Source of the DNA: a virus
Taxonomy: Duplodnaviria > Heunggongvirae > Uroviricota > Caudoviricetes
DNA: 38,217 nt
Virus record (IMG/VR): IMGVR_UViG_2547132077_000001
Span: 1 to 38,217 of that record
Direction: 5' to 3' (one strand)
The translations under genes were made by a program, and so were the position numbers. Positions 1 to 10,595 of this stretch are shown piece by piece. Positions within the stretch are counted from its first letter, which is position 1, and each line of letters opens with the position of its first letter. Below the pieces are notes generated by a model. That model ran no database searches. It was not told where the DNA came from and saw only the letters and a program-made list of their open reading frames with translations.

Positions 1-290
1 GGTGGAGTGATACACCTTAACTATCGAATAGCACAAAGTCTTGCAATCCAGTGCAAAGCTTTGTTTGTCTCAGTTTTGTCTCATCAACCACAGCAAGTCA
101 TAGATCGATTAAGGCTTGGATGATAGACTTCATGCTTTTGATTACTGAGTTGCTTCATGCAGTCATTAATTGCGCCTTGCACATGCTACCTATGTGTCTA
201 TTCTAGGTGTTTACAATCATGCACAGCATCCTCAGCATTACAATTTCACCCAAATAACTTAACATGTGTTATACATTATGAGGAGCTTTA

Positions 291-1302
291 ATGAGCGAGC
301 GAAATAATTCATTTGATATAATTAGACATATCGCCGCCTACATGGTTTTATTTTCTCATCACTTCAGGTTATCTGGTGATCATGAGCCTTGTTTTTCTTC
401 AATGGGATAGTTATGGTGCGGTCGCAGTTGCAATTTTCTTTTGTTTATCTGGTTTCTTAATGCCAAAAAGTTTTAATTCATCTGGTTCGTTTATCGAGTT
501 CATGAGGAAAAGGTGTCTGCGTATATTTCCTGCATTATTTGTATGCTCTGTTGTTATGTATTTATTTGTCGCAGTAGAATTTAACTCCAATAATAGTTAC
601 GCATATTTATTTTCTTCCCAGCCATACTTAAATATCATAAGAAATACTGTTTTCCTGCAGAGTTATGTGGATGGAGTGTTTTCTGATTACTTTTACCCTC
701 ATGTTATTAATGGAAGCCTTTGGACGCTGCCTATAGAATTTTCATGCTATCTAATAATTGGCCTTGCGCTCTCTATATCGTTCACATGGGTCGGGCCTGC
801 TTTATTATTAGTTACATGCATACTTTCCACAATAATTTTCAACTTCTATCCTGAAAATTACACATATTTTAGTGTGCCTTTTAAATCATTATCATTATTT
901 GGCATGCCATTCTTTTTTGGTGCTTTATTGTCAATGACTACTGAGTCATGGTTGAAGTATAAAAAGCAAGTGTTAATTACTGCCTTATTGTTGCTTATTG
1001 CCGTGACTGGTAAGCCGGAAATACAAATTGTAGCGCCACTATGTTTGTCGGTTATAGTTATTGTTCTTGGCCTAACCATTAAAGACAGGGTTATAAACGG
1101 AAGGATTGATATATCTTATGGTTTGTATATATACGCATTCCCAGTACAACAGATTATTATAAATAATATAACTAATAAATTCATCCCATCCATAGCTCTT
1201 AGTCTTTTTGCAACTACATTACTGGCGACTGTTTCTTATTATTATATCGAAAAGCCGTTCTTAAGAAGAAAGAGAAAAGAAATTATAGTAGCTGAAGGTT
1301 AG
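291..1302 (+). pseudogene. oac: Acyltransferase-3 family membrane protein (O-antigen acetyltransferase-like), split by a frameshift: N-terminus in frame 291..410, remainder in frame 376..1302
   Basis: ATG at 291 preceded by AGGAG (281-285) encodes MSERNNSFDIIRHIAAYMVLFSHHF, a typical acyltransferase-3 N-terminus, then hits a stop at 408-410. The 308-aa track ORF in the +1 frame carries the rest of the polytopic membrane protein (AVAVAIFFCLSGFL motif) but has only a GTG start. The switch maps near a T5 run at 391-395. The symbol is inferred from position next to the tailspike. Confidence 0.55.
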
Positions 1303-1313
1303 TGTTGTTTACT

Positions 1314-1338
1314 GGGGGGGGTATTGCCCCCTTTAATT
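1314..1338 (+). terminator. Intrinsic terminator downstream of the acyltransferase gene
   Basis: GGGGGGG-tattg-CCCCC hairpin followed by TTTAATTTA, directly after the stop at 1302. Confidence 0.5.
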
Positions 1339-1799
1339 TATACTTGTTCTTACAAAAATATTTATAATAAATGAGTGCCATATTTGATAATGTCTCATCA
1401 AATTATAAAGCATATCGCCATGCATTGCTATAATTATCACTAGTTGTTAGTATAGTAAAATACTCTTCGATCATGACATATATAAAATTACCATGATTAT
1501 CATATAAAAATTGCCAATCAAATAAAAAAGCTATTAAATACATGGGTATCTAGCTCATTCAGCACTGACATGATACTTTTAAAAATCACTGAAACATCCA
1601 TTTAAAGTGACATGTCTCCAGATGGATGAAAATATTTACGTCGTGTTTTTAACATGTTTCTATTAGTATAGAAATAAGATAGTTATAACATAAACTACGT
1701 GCAGGAATAGCGATTACATCATTAGATTTTTCGAAAAAATCAAGAAGATCTAATCTAACTATTCCCACATCATTTTTGTTCTTATTCTTCAGTTAGTTT

Positions 1800-3860
1800 C
1801 TATGGGGTTATATAATCATAATCCGACTTCATCCTTTCAGTTTCAGCGTAGCTAAAAGTATTAGCCGCTCCGCACAGGCCAAAGCGACCTCTGTTCATGC
1901 GATGCCCTGTGACAAAAATATTAGTAGAGTATGGTGTTGTGGCTCCGATCTCTACAACTATACATGATTTAGTATTTTCAACCCCTGAAACTCCAACCGT
2001 AAAGGTCATTTCCTTCCACGAGCCTCCACCTACTAATGTTTTTGAAAGTAGTGTAGTTCTTGCTCCATTGTCATTTGCTACATATATGTGCACTAAAAAT
2101 GTTAGTTCAACATCAGCGTTAAACAAAGCCTGGACTGTCACTGCCTCACCATTCACCAAGTCGGCTCGTGGATGTTCGAATATAATCGATGTCGTTGCAC
2201 CAGCATCACTAAGAACAGATGCAATATAACGACTCATTCTCAATGCATTGTTTGGAATCCCTGCACCACTCCTAGTAAACACTGTATTAGATGTTGATCT
2301 TGCAAACCATCCAGGAGCCACAGCAGTTGATGAGTTGGGAGGAATACTTACTGTGCTGTTCTCTATATAAATAATGTCACCATTCAGAGCTGGTATATTT
2401 GCATTGTATTTATCAATAACAGAAACATGGTTAGATGTTAACGGAAGAAGCGGCATATTTTCAGCGACAATCCTTCCGGCAACAATCTTTTGATATGGCA
2501 AATCGTTAATTGATATTATTGGCTGAATAAAACCTGACCCTGGAATATTTGAAATAAATACCTTGTCAACCTCCAAATAGTTCATTATCACATCATCATT
2601 CCCAGCAACAATTATTCTGTTTGAGTTTATGCCATGTAAATTAGCATAAACATCATTTATAGTGATGTCAGTCAGTATCTGCTGCGATGTCGTTTCTGAA
2701 TCGCCAATTTGTACGACTTGTTGGTGTCCAAATGCCATCTCGCAATAAAGTCCATCAACTGAAGAAAACGTTGATGGATATCCAAAAATAACGCATGTTT
2801 TTGCATTCTGTGCGGAGTTGTCTTTTATTCTCGTTGCGACAGCAGATGTATATGACATAATGCCAGTACCGACAGCGCTACCACCCTGCCATGCACATCT
2901 ATTAAATGCAATAAAAAGCCTACTATTTCCTGAATATCTATCTGTTGTGTTACCGCCATCATCAATTGCCTTGACAAAATTATTGGCGTGATCGTTATAT
3001 TCCATGTATGTATTATTTATAATATGTGGCCACCAATTTTGTGCTTTAAAATTAACTACCCACTCGTTGCTATCTTCAGGATTGATAACACGACATTTCT
3101 CTACTGTTGCCATATGAGATGTCCACGGCTCAAATTCAACAAGCTTTGCCGTGCCACCATCCATCATTACATTTCTAATTTCATAGCTGTCTTGAGAAAA
3201 AAATGCTGATCGCTGATCTATACCATCCATGCCCATAGAAAATATTGGTCCAATGTCACTATTTATTGGATCGCATACAAACTGAAAATCAACATGCGTT
3301 GGAGTTTTAAACGTATATCTGCCAAGTTGAAAACCATCTTCATGAATCGGGTTCCAGCGCTTATACCCTGAATATCCTTCTGTAGGTGGTGGATTTGGCC
3401 TTTCATCCAAACTTTGGATTAGTTCAAACTCATGTTCCAAGCTTCTTAGCGAATCGCTTACAGTTCCTGCGCCATCTCCAATATATGTCGAACCTTCGTT
3501 CCCTGTCAGTAAAACTTTGAACTGATCCGGGTCATACTTCAGCACATTCGGAAAATAAAACTGCTGCGCCCCATACGCATCATAAACAGCCATGGAATGG
3601 CCTTGCACAGTTACGAACTTGGCAATCTGTCCGTTATATACCGGATATCCGGCAGCGTTAATGATGATTGGTTGCGATACAGGAACATGAGAGCCGTCTT
3701 CGTTCTCCACATAAACCTGAATCTGGTTTTCAGGGTTTACCGGGTCAGTGTCAATTTTACCGATATAAATTTTGCCATTGGCTACGGCTTTAAAAGAACG
3801 AGCCATAGTGAAGAGTTGCGAAGGCATCGATACGATCACATTGGCTGTAATGTCTGTCAT
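1800..3860 (-). CDS. Tailspike protein: P22/Sf6-type N-terminal head-binding domain fused to a divergent receptor-binding domain
   Basis: First ~115 aa ([46 protein letters not shown]...VLKYDPDQ) match the conserved head-binding domain of P22-like tailspikes as I recall them. The remaining ~570 aa I do not recognise. Position at the end of the virion block next to ant is as in P22. Confidence 0.9.
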   Translation of the reverse strand: MTDITANVIVSMPSQLFTMARSFKAVANGKIYIGKIDTDPVNPENQIQVYVENEDGSHVPVSQPIIINAAGYPVYNGQIAKFVTVQGHSMAVYDAYGAQQFYFPNVLKYDPDQFKVLLTGNEGSTYIGDGAGTVSDSLRSLEHEFELIQSLDERPNPPPTEGYSGYKRWNPIHEDGFQLGRYTFKTPTHVDFQFVCDPINSDIGPIFSMGMDGIDQRSAFFSQDSYEIRNVMMDGGTAKLVEFEPWTSHMATVEKCRVINPEDSNEWVVNFKAQNWWPHIINNTYMEYNDHANNFVKAIDDGGNTTDRYSGNSRLFIAFNRCAWQGGSAVGTGIMSYTSAVATRIKDNSAQNAKTCVIFGYPSTFSSVDGLYCEMAFGHQQVVQIGDSETTSQQILTDITINDVYANLHGINSNRIIVAGNDDVIMNYLEVDKVFISNIPGSGFIQPIISINDLPYQKIVAGRIVAENMPLLPLTSNHVSVIDKYNANIPALNGDIIYIENSTVSIPPNSSTAVAPGWFARSTSNTVFTRSGAGIPNNALRMSRYIASVLSDAGATTSIIFEHPRADLVNGEAVTVQALFNADVELTFLVHIYVANDNGARTTLLSKTLVGGGSWKEMTFTVGVSGVENTKSCIVVEIGATTPYSTNIFVTGHRMNRGRFGLCGAANTFSYAETERMKSDYDYITP

Positions 3861-3918
3861 TTAATTTGCTCCAGATACAAGGAATCGCCGCAGCGTAGCT
3901 ACGGTGAATTTTGGGCAT

Positions 3919-3942
3919 AAAAAAACCCAGCCGAAGCTGGGT
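3919..3942 (-). terminator. Intrinsic terminator between ant and the tailspike gene
   Basis: On the minus strand: ACCCAGC-ttcg-GCTGGGT followed by TTTTTTTA. Confidence 0.7.
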
Positions 3943-3960
3943 CGTTGCGTTGGTTATCTG

Positions 3961-4839
3961 TCAGTAGTTATGTACTGAAGGAGGCAATTCTTTATTCTTA
4001 AGTCTCATCCATGCGGAAAGATTCGTTGGTCCGTCTGGCTCATTAATATCAACATCTCGTGTGTGGTTTATTAAAACGTCTCTCGCCATTCCGATAACAT
4101 ACGAGAATTCATGACCGTAGTCGTAGCATCTGCCGGAATAGTTCGATTGAATTTGTTTTAGCGCCGGATACAGTTCGCGGAATAATGCCTGTGAGCGGTT
4201 GGCATAATCCCATAACCATACAAGGCTGTTTGCTTCTTTTGCAGAAAGCTCGTTGGTTTTCTTCTCTTGTTTACCAATGAACTCACCTTCAAGCACTACC
4301 CTGTGGATGTACTCTACGGCCAGCGGGATTTGTTCAATTGAAAGTTCATCAATGCTGTCAATACCAAAACGCTGATGAACCATATTGTATGCATCGTCAT
4401 AGCGAAGTCCTTTCTTTCCTACCAGCATGTTTACTGCATCGCGTAGCGGTGTTCTTTCCTCAACAGTGGTTTTCTTTCCTTTTACATACTCGCCATGTTT
4501 GCGAATTGAAGGCAGAACTTCTGCTGTTACCCACTTGCGGAATTTGTGCGGGACTGAACCTTTATTGACTGCATCGCGGCAGCGCAGAACCAATGTATAC
4601 ATACCTGATTCGCTCACAATGCTTAGATTCTGCTCACCACCAAGGGTGTAACTTAAAGTTACTCCCTTTTCATCGTCATCAAGTGCAGTAAGCGCCTTGC
4701 GTGAGTTAGTCAAATCTAAAGCATCACAAACATCTTTAGCTACAAACCACGGCTCACCGCACTTGTTGATGACGCGGATTTCACTGTCGCCGAATTTGAA
4801 GATGGTGAAATCGTTTTGTGCCTTTGCTATACTTTTCAT
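3961..4839 (-). CDS. ant: Antirepressor Ant (BRO-N/KilA-N type N-terminal domain)
   Basis: 292 aa, N-terminal [16 protein letters not shown] motif typical of phage antirepressors; sits immediately downstream of arc as in the P22 immI region. Confidence 0.85.
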   Translation of the reverse strand: MKSIAKAQNDFTIFKFGDSEIRVINKCGEPWFVAKDVCDALDLTNSRKALTALDDDEKGVTLSYTLGGEQNLSIVSESGMYTLVLRCRDAVNKGSVPHKFRKWVTAEVLPSIRKHGEYVKGKKTTVEERTPLRDAVNMLVGKKGLRYDDAYNMVHQRFGIDSIDELSIEQIPLAVEYIHRVVLEGEFIGKQEKKTNELSAKEANSLVWLWDYANRSQALFRELYPALKQIQSNYSGRCYDYGHEFSYVIGMARDVLINHTRDVDINEPDGPTNLSAWMRLKNKELPPSVHNY

Positions 4840-4907
4840 GTCAATATTTCCTAATCCGATTTGTTGATGCCGAAGCCCTGACTGTTACAGCAGTTGGGGC
4901 TTCAACT

Positions 4908-5069
4908 TTACGCACCAATGCGCCCTTCCTTCTTAAAGCTTTCCATTACTCGCTGATAAATCTCAGAATTAACAGACCGACCATTTTCTTCCGCCACCTT
5001 GCGTACCAAATCCAATACTTCTTTAGGCCACCGCAAATTGAACTGTGGCATTTTGCTCATTCCTTTCAT
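4908..5069 (-). CDS. arc: Arc repressor (ribbon-helix-helix)
   Basis: Internal Met of the track ORF gives MKGMSKMPQFNLRWPKEVLDLVRKVAEENGRSVNSEIYQRVMESFKKEGRIGA, 53 aa, essentially the P22 Arc sequence as recalled. RBS GAGGTG upstream. The extra N-terminal residues in the track ORF are read-through of the operator. Confidence 0.95.
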   Translation of the reverse strand: MKGMSKMPQFNLRWPKEVLDLVRKVAEENGRSVNSEIYQRVMESFKKEGRIGA

Positions 5070-5085
5070 GTTCACCTCACAATAT

Positions 5086-5102
5086 AGGTCCACGGTGGAC
5101 CT
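5086..5102. promoter_or_regulatory. Mnt operator (17-bp palindrome AGGTCCACGGTGGACCT) within the Pant region
   Basis: Perfect palindrome seen directly, matching the P22 Mnt operator as recalled. Confidence 0.85.
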
Positions 5103-5111
5103 ATTGAGAAT

Positions 5112-5132
5112 ATAGTAGAGTGCTTCTATCAT
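5112..5132. promoter_or_regulatory. Arc operator (21 bp, ATAGTAGAGTGCTTCTATCAT)
   Basis: Sequence matches the P22 arc operator as recalled (reverse complement ATGATAGAAGCACTCTACTAT), between arc and mnt. Confidence 0.85.
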
Positions 5133-5159
5133 GTCAATACACTAACTTGGAGTGATGGC

Positions 5160-5408
5160 ATGGCTAGAGATGATCCGCACTTTAACTTCCGTATGCCTTT
5201 GGAAGTAAGAGAAAAATTGAAATTAAGAGCCGAGGCTAACGGAAGGTCAATGAACTCTGAGTTATTACAAATCGTTCAGGATGCACTATCAAAACCATCA
5301 CCGATTACAGGATATCGCGACGAAGCTGAACGCTTGGCTGATCAGCAGGCTGAGCAGTTCAAGGCTATAGTGTTTGAGACACTTAAAAGATTTATGAAAA
5401 GGATTTGA
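5160..5408 (+). CDS. mnt: Mnt repressor (maintenance of lysogeny; represses Pant)
   Basis: 82 aa, MARDDPHFNFRMPLEVREKLKLRAEANGRSMNSELLQIVQDALSKPSP... matches P22 Mnt as recalled; divergent from arc. Confidence 0.95.
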   Translation: MARDDPHFNFRMPLEVREKLKLRAEANGRSMNSELLQIVQDALSKPSPITGYRDEAERLADQQAEQFKAIVFETLKRFMKRI

Positions 5409-5409
5409 A

Positions 5410-5745
5410 ATGAGATTTCTATCACTGTTCTTGTTAGCAGTTGTCTCTTCTTCCAGTGCTGAGCTGCGCGAGCTTCAAACGGGTAATGACCTTCTTTACA
5501 ACATTCAACAAGGTAAAAAGGGTGATGATTTTTCATCGCTTTACATTACTGGATATTTGCGCGGAGTAACTGACTCATTGATACTAATTGGTTCTCTATG
5601 TCCTCCTGATGGCGTTGACATGTATCAATACACCGATATCGTTGAGAAATATCTAAACAAAAACCCAGAATCAAGAAATGAGAGTGCAGTTATACTAACC
5701 GCCCTAGCAGTAGGAAAAACATTTCCGTGCAAAAAGAATCAATAA
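5410..5745 (+). CDS. Small secreted protein of unknown function (signal peptide, two Cys in mature part), translationally coupled to mnt
   Basis: ATG at 5410 lies 1 nt after the mnt stop. N-terminus MRFLSLFLLAVVSSSSA is a signal peptide. Occupies the slot between mnt and the ejection-protein genes where P22 carries sieA-type exclusion genes. Confidence 0.7.
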   Translation: MRFLSLFLLAVVSSSSAELRELQTGNDLLYNIQQGKKGDDFSSLYITGYLRGVTDSLILIGSLCPPDGVDMYQYTDIVEKYLNKNPESRNESAVILTALAVGKTFPCKKNQ

Positions 5746-5760
5746 CAATAAGGGCTTAAA

Positions 5761-6150
5761 ATGAAATTGATTATAGCAATGGCTTTCCTTGTCTTCTCGT
5801 TTTCTGTCTCAGCAGAGTGCTGGGTCGTTGGAGATATGCACGGAATAAGCTATTCAGAACGAAATAATTTTCAACCGGAAGAAGATGGTTTTAGTGGAAC
5901 ATTCATCATTAAGACAAACGGTGAAGATGCCAGTATCACATATTCTGGGACGGATGCGGGCGGCATGGCTTACAAAGCATTGTCTAAAAACTCCATCATT
6001 GGAATCGGCGCGAATGGCGAAACTCAACGAGTTATCGACTCATGGGTAATACATCCTAATGGAACAGTTTTAATGTCGAAAACCATTTCTGGTTATGGGA
6101 ATATGGATTCAACCAAAGCTTTTGTTGGAAAAGTAAAAAGAAAATGTTAA
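5761..6150 (+). CDS. Small secreted protein, paralog A (mature form starts ECW, ends with Cys)
   Basis: Signal peptide MKLIIAMAFLVFSFSVSA, then ECWVVGDMHG; C-terminus TKAFVGKVKRKC. Clear paralog of the ORF at 30827..31231. RBS AAGGG upstream. Confidence 0.7.
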   Translation: MKLIIAMAFLVFSFSVSAECWVVGDMHGISYSERNNFQPEEDGFSGTFIIKTNGEDASITYSGTDAGGMAYKALSKNSIIGIGANGETQRVIDSWVIHPNGTVLMSKTISGYGNMDSTKAFVGKVKRKC

Positions 6151-6174
6151 CGATTGAATCCAATTCCCCATACG

Positions 6175-8016
6175 TTACTGCTGTGTTGCCTCAGTAGCAA
6201 GCAGCGGCCTGATGGCATTTGCAGCGTTACTCAACGCTCTTTCATAGGCTGGCGTTCCAGCTTTAGTGTTTGCCAGACGTAAGAGAGCATTCCTTGCTGC
6301 TTTGGACTCATACAAACGCATCATTGCACCAAAGCCAGCCTCAAGCCCCATTGATACACCAAGAGTCGCAGTTGCGCCAATCGTCCTTATCCTGTTGGCT
6401 TGTGATTGCCCCGTCTGAGTTACTACATTTGCGGTGTCTGACCTTGCTGTTTGCTGTAGAACTTCATGAAGAGCATCAAGCTCTTTCATGTGCTTTCCAG
6501 AAAAAATAGTGTTGTAAATTTCACCGCCTGACTGAGATTTCAGCTTATTAACTTCAGTGATGAACTTGGCTGGAGAGTCACCGGCCTTTTCCGCTATTTT
6601 GCTGACGTAAGCTGCACGCATAGCATCTTTCCCTTTATCATCCAGGGCGCTCCATATTCGTTTCACGTCAGATGGTTTTCTGCTTAATACAACGGTATTT
6701 ATAAGTTCAGGACTGGCTTCACTGCTTGCCTTGTTGAGCTTGTTAGCAATGTTTTTATTAAGCACCTTATTATAAACGTTTGCATAATCAGAATTTGCTT
6801 TAAGGTATTTTGCTGCGTCTGATGCACCGAGGTTTTTAGCAACTGCGTTACGAAGGTCTTTTGACATTGCATTCTCTACCATATTGGTAGCTGCTTTTGC
6901 CTGGTTGGGGAAGACCATAGCATCTCCCTGAACATTAGATCTAAATGCTGTTCTGTGCTGACGCAAGAGATCAAACGTAACATCCAAATCAGTTGCAGGG
7001 TTTGCTAATTCTTCACGTAGGTTACGCAAGGATGTAAGCAGGCTTTGATTGGCAGACGTCCCAAGCCGTTCCTGTCTTGCGATCGCTGTATTCAGAGCAT
7101 TCATGGTATTTGTGGTATCAACTGCGGCATTACCCATTTTATTGGTGACGTCATTGATAACAGCGCCAGCGGCATCCTTCCGCCCCCTTAACGTGGTGGT
7201 AAGAGATTTCACCACATCATCAGGGTTGTACTCACCAAAACGGTCAAAATAATTACTTACCAGCTTACTACGCGTTGCATATTGCTCCGCTCGCTTTGAG
7301 CCTGTCCCGAGCAAAGCCCCCTCGGCATCCTGAGTTAGGCCGCGAGTGAAAGCATTTTTCGGCGGGATAACATCAGATGTCATTGGTGTCACGCCCATCG
7401 ATTCTGATGTGGCAATTTTCTTCGCCACTTCTGGCGCAATATCACCTTTTATAGCCGTTATTCCACGCCCTATTCCCTTTGCTGCTGCGGAAAGAACACC
7501 CTGAGTGGCAAGGTTAACTCCGGCATTTTTAGCTGCATTTTGTGCGAAATCGCCTTTCTGATTTGCGGCCTCTGCCAGTGATCCAATAGCCATGCTTCCT
7601 GCCGTTCCAACTCCTGGAACTAAATACCCACCAATTGTTTCACCGGCTTGCGCGTAGGGGTCTGTCGGTCTGTCTACTGGACGATAAACATCATCCAAAA
7701 CCTTGGGTCCACCAAGCCCCTGACTGATTGCATTAATCAGACTTGCGCCGCCCTGCAATACGTCAAATGGTATGTTTACCAGACCACGACCAGCCTGTTC
7801 TGCAATTTGCCCTGCACTTTGACCACCAGTGAGCCAATCGCCAGCTTGTTGCATCAATGATGGTTCTTCCCGTGTTGGTGCATTATTGGCCTGATTAACT
7901 GTTTGTTGCTGAACAGCCTGACCAGCAAAATACTCATCAATGGCGGTGCCAATATCTTCGGTGCTCGTACCATCAGGAAAGGTAAATGTCTTACCGTTTG
8001 CAGTTACTTTCATCAT
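6175..8016 (-). CDS. Ejection (internal virion) protein, P22 gp16-like
   Basis: 613 aa, N-terminus [15 protein letters not shown]; last gene of the gp7-gp20-gp16 ejection trio by synteny. Confidence 0.85.
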   Translation of the reverse strand: MMKVTANGKTFTFPDGTSTEDIGTAIDEYFAGQAVQQQTVNQANNAPTREEPSLMQQAGDWLTGGQSAGQIAEQAGRGLVNIPFDVLQGGASLINAISQGLGGPKVLDDVYRPVDRPTDPYAQAGETIGGYLVPGVGTAGSMAIGSLAEAANQKGDFAQNAAKNAGVNLATQGVLSAAAKGIGRGITAIKGDIAPEVAKKIATSESMGVTPMTSDVIPPKNAFTRGLTQDAEGALLGTGSKRAEQYATRSKLVSNYFDRFGEYNPDDVVKSLTTTLRGRKDAAGAVINDVTNKMGNAAVDTTNTMNALNTAIARQERLGTSANQSLLTSLRNLREELANPATDLDVTFDLLRQHRTAFRSNVQGDAMVFPNQAKAATNMVENAMSKDLRNAVAKNLGASDAAKYLKANSDYANVYNKVLNKNIANKLNKASSEASPELINTVVLSRKPSDVKRIWSALDDKGKDAMRAAYVSKIAEKAGDSPAKFITEVNKLKSQSGGEIYNTIFSGKHMKELDALHEVLQQTARSDTANVVTQTGQSQANRIRTIGATATLGVSMGLEAGFGAMMRLYESKAARNALLRLANTKAGTPAYERALSNAANAIRPLLATEATQQ

Positions 8017-9428
8017 TCCACCGTAAATTGAATGCCTGATTTTGAGGTATATGATCCAACCTGATTCCGTGGTTCTCCTGAAGGTGTCGAATCTTGTGCT
8101 GGCGCTGCGTCAGTATTCATTGACATATACCGCTTAACGGCACTCCCCAATGATTCACCTTTTTTAACATCCAACCCCAATATCTGACCGCCATTACGCG
8201 ATTGTCCAGGGTTGCCATTCGCGCTCATCCACTCGGCTTTAAACTCATTAAACTGCGCGTTTCGTCGCTCAAGGTTTGCCATTGCATCAAGCCATCTTGC
8301 GACCGTCTCAGGGTTATCCATGTCAGTTGGCGCACCCTGTCGAACGATCTCAACGTCTTTATCCGTTGCTGGGCCGGGAGGTAGGAATTTAAGAACCTGA
8401 CTGTTAACAAGGGCATTTTGGCGAATGCGCAAATCACGCAATGTTGTATCGCTTCCGGTAAGTTTTGCGAACATGTTCTGTGCGTTACCGAACAAACCTG
8501 TCGTTGGTTTTTCTGCTCTGAACTGTTGAGCAAGAGCACTCATAGAATTGGCTGAGTTTGATGATGCTGTAGCATTGTTTACAGCCGTCTCGATGCCTTT
8601 TTCCATGTTTACCGACAGCTTAGGTGCTTCGCTAATCAACTGCTGAGCCTTTTCCTGCGCTTGCTGCATCTTAAACCCGAACTCTTGCTGATCCAGAGCC
8701 AAGCGTTGTGCTGCGATATTGTGCCCAGTCATTGCTGACTGATAGGAAAGGTTTTGCCCTCTCGCCTGAAGTGCTTCACCAGCCTGATTGCTGCGGATTG
8801 TCTCTGCCAGCCTGCCTCGGTCAATCTCACGACCAGCCATCTTGTCCTGAACAGCAAACGCCTTTTCTGGTCCAAGCGCACCGAGAGACATAGTAGTCAG
8901 CATGTGTGATAGCTGCTCTGGATTCTGGATACCTGTCTGAATCATCCAGTCAGCATTAGCACCAACGCGATTTAACCTGTCCTTGTTGTCAGTAATGAAT
9001 TTACTGTAGGCTTCCGGTCCCTGAGAAAGAGCGACGTTAGCCCTCATGGCTAAATCGCCCATATCGTTGCGTTGCTGATCATTAAGACCGGAAAACGCCT
9101 GTTGTGCCTGTGCAACAAACGCTGGATTTTCCTGGGCAAACTTAAATAGTCCCGATGGATCACCAGAAGCCCATGCATCAGCGTGAACCTTATTGAACGC
9201 ACTAATAGCTTTCTGTTGCTGTTCCTGATTGTAAATATCAGCAACTCCAGCCAGACCACGTAACGCGGTCAGGCCAACGTTATTTGCACCTGAGCGAGCC
9301 AGTTCATTGTTTTCGCGGATCAGACCAAGCGTTGCGTTAATGTCGCTTGCCTTTGGCGCATTCTCATTTTGCGTACCGATGCCAGCCAGAAAACCACCAG
9401 AATTAATACCCTGTCGCCACGTAGCCAT
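8013..9428 (-). CDS. Ejection protein, P22 gp20-like
   Basis: 471 aa; synteny between gp7-like and gp16-like; 4-nt overlap with the downstream gene. Confidence 0.85.
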   Translation of the reverse strand: MATWRQGINSGGFLAGIGTQNENAPKASDINATLGLIRENNELARSGANNVGLTALRGLAGVADIYNQEQQQKAISAFNKVHADAWASGDPSGLFKFAQENPAFVAQAQQAFSGLNDQQRNDMGDLAMRANVALSQGPEAYSKFITDNKDRLNRVGANADWMIQTGIQNPEQLSHMLTTMSLGALGPEKAFAVQDKMAGREIDRGRLAETIRSNQAGEALQARGQNLSYQSAMTGHNIAAQRLALDQQEFGFKMQQAQEKAQQLISEAPKLSVNMEKGIETAVNNATASSNSANSMSALAQQFRAEKPTTGLFGNAQNMFAKLTGSDTTLRDLRIRQNALVNSQVLKFLPPGPATDKDVEIVRQGAPTDMDNPETVARWLDAMANLERRNAQFNEFKAEWMSANGNPGQSRNGGQILGLDVKKGESLGSAVKRYMSMNTDAAPAQDSTPSGEPRNQVGSYTSKSGIQFTVE

Positions 9429-9438
9429 TGATTACCCC

Positions 9439-10134
9439 TTAATAAAGCAGTGAACCAAGCAGACCGATACCAGCACCGATACCAGCACCCCACGGAGTTG
9501 ATGAACCAATTAATTTCGCAAGTCCAGCCCCAGCAATAGCACCAGACGCACCTCCGCCAATAGCAGATTGCATTGCTGATGGTCTGTTGGCATTTGCCGC
9601 TGCAAGAGCCGCACTTTGCTGCGAAATCTGACTCATGTTGTTGGCATATGTCTGCCCGGCGTTTGCCTGACCTTGCAGTGCGCCAAGACCAATATTTGCC
9701 AGATTCTGGTAGTTGTTCATCTGACCAGATAGCCATTGCTGACCAAGCGTTGGTGCGATTGTTGCTAACTGATTACCGGTTGCAGTGGAACCCAATCCAC
9801 CTGTTGCTTCCGCTGCCGCCAGACTCTGATAGCGAGCCTGACCAGCAAGATCTTTGTACTGCTGAGAGTTGTAATACTGGTTAAGTGCCTGACCTTGCCC
9901 TTCCAGAGACGATAAGTTCTCGAGGCTGCCGACATACTTATCAGCCAGAGGAGTAAACGGCTTCAGGTTGTTCATGATGGTGTTGAACTGCTGATTTTGC
10001 AGGTCTGCGGCATACTTCTGAGATTCTGCTGCATACTTTGCGCTTTTATCAGAGCTGCCACCTTTCCCGCCTTTTTCAGGGCAATAAGGTTCCTCGCCGC
10101 GCAGTTTTCTGCCCAGCTTAAATGCATATAACAT
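9439..10134 (-). CDS. Ejection protein, P22 gp7-like
   Basis: 231 aa with Gly/Ala/Gln-rich low-complexity C-terminal part; synteny. Confidence 0.8.
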   Translation of the reverse strand: MLYAFKLGRKLRGEEPYCPEKGGKGGSSDKSAKYAAESQKYAADLQNQQFNTIMNNLKPFTPLADKYVGSLENLSSLEGQGQALNQYYNSQQYKDLAGQARYQSLAAAEATGGLGSTATGNQLATIAPTLGQQWLSGQMNNYQNLANIGLGALQGQANAGQTYANNMSQISQQSAALAAANANRPSAMQSAIGGGASGAIAGAGLAKLIGSSTPWGAGIGAGIGLLGSLLY

Positions 10135-10136
10135 GG

Positions 10137-10595
10137 CTATCTCCCGTGATTCAGGAAGTCGATTAGTTCTTCGCGTGTGGCGCTGTAAAACGTTACGTTA
10201 TCCACGCCTTTGAAGTATTTCTTGATGGTTCCTACACGCTTAAGGCCAATCATTGCGCAGTAAATCTGCCCGTGGCGGAATTTGCGTGCGGCGAACGATG
10301 TGACGCACTGAACGGTGGTGTTAGTCAGAATGTATCGCCAGAACGCCAGCCCGATTTCCTTGCTGAAGCCGCGAATCTCTGGCAGGTACATGGCGTGGCA
10401 ATCGAATGTCAGCGGCTGAATCTCCTGATAGTAAACAATGCCGCCGAACTGCCCGTGCACGTTCACCTCAAAGTAACGGCAATCAGGTTTGTAGTCGTAT
10501 CCATCACCGTTGTTGCTCCCGGCGATAATGTCGGGGTGATTTCCCACGGCTTCTATCAGGTCGATGTTTCGCGTTGGTTTGAACTGAATCATCAC
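10137..10595 (-). CDS. P22 gp14-like virion assembly protein
   Basis: 152 aa; position between tail needle and gp7-like genes, 4-nt overlap with tail needle gene. Assigned by synteny only. Confidence 0.65.
   Translation of the reverse strand: MMIQFKPTRNIDLIEAVGNHPDIIAGSNNGDGYDYKPDCRYFEVNVHGQFGGIVYYQEIQPLTFDCHAMYLPEIRGFSKEIGLAFWRYILTNTTVQCVTSFAARKFRHGQIYCAMIGLKRVGTIKKYFKGVDNVTFYSATREELIDFLNHGR

Noticed and set aside
1-290. Possible attachment site or host junction at the left edge
   Set aside because: No integrase, tRNA or direct repeat is visible within the window, so no att site can be supported from this sequence alone.
1340-1799. AT-rich 460-bp gap between the acyltransferase and tailspike genes, considered as a possible mobile element or small RNA locus
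   Set aside because: No inverted terminal repeats, no ORF and no convincing structure beyond the terminator at 1314-1338; most simply a convergent intergenic spacer.
4908-5132. Longer 74-aa form of Arc
   Set aside because: The extra N-terminal residues are a translation of the arc operator palindrome; the canonical 53-aa Arc starts at the internal Met, which has an RBS.
9320-9736. 138-aa ORF on the minus strand overlapping the gp7 and gp20 genes
   Set aside because: Alternative frame of two supported structural genes; Cys/Trp/Arg-rich composition typical of an out-of-frame read.
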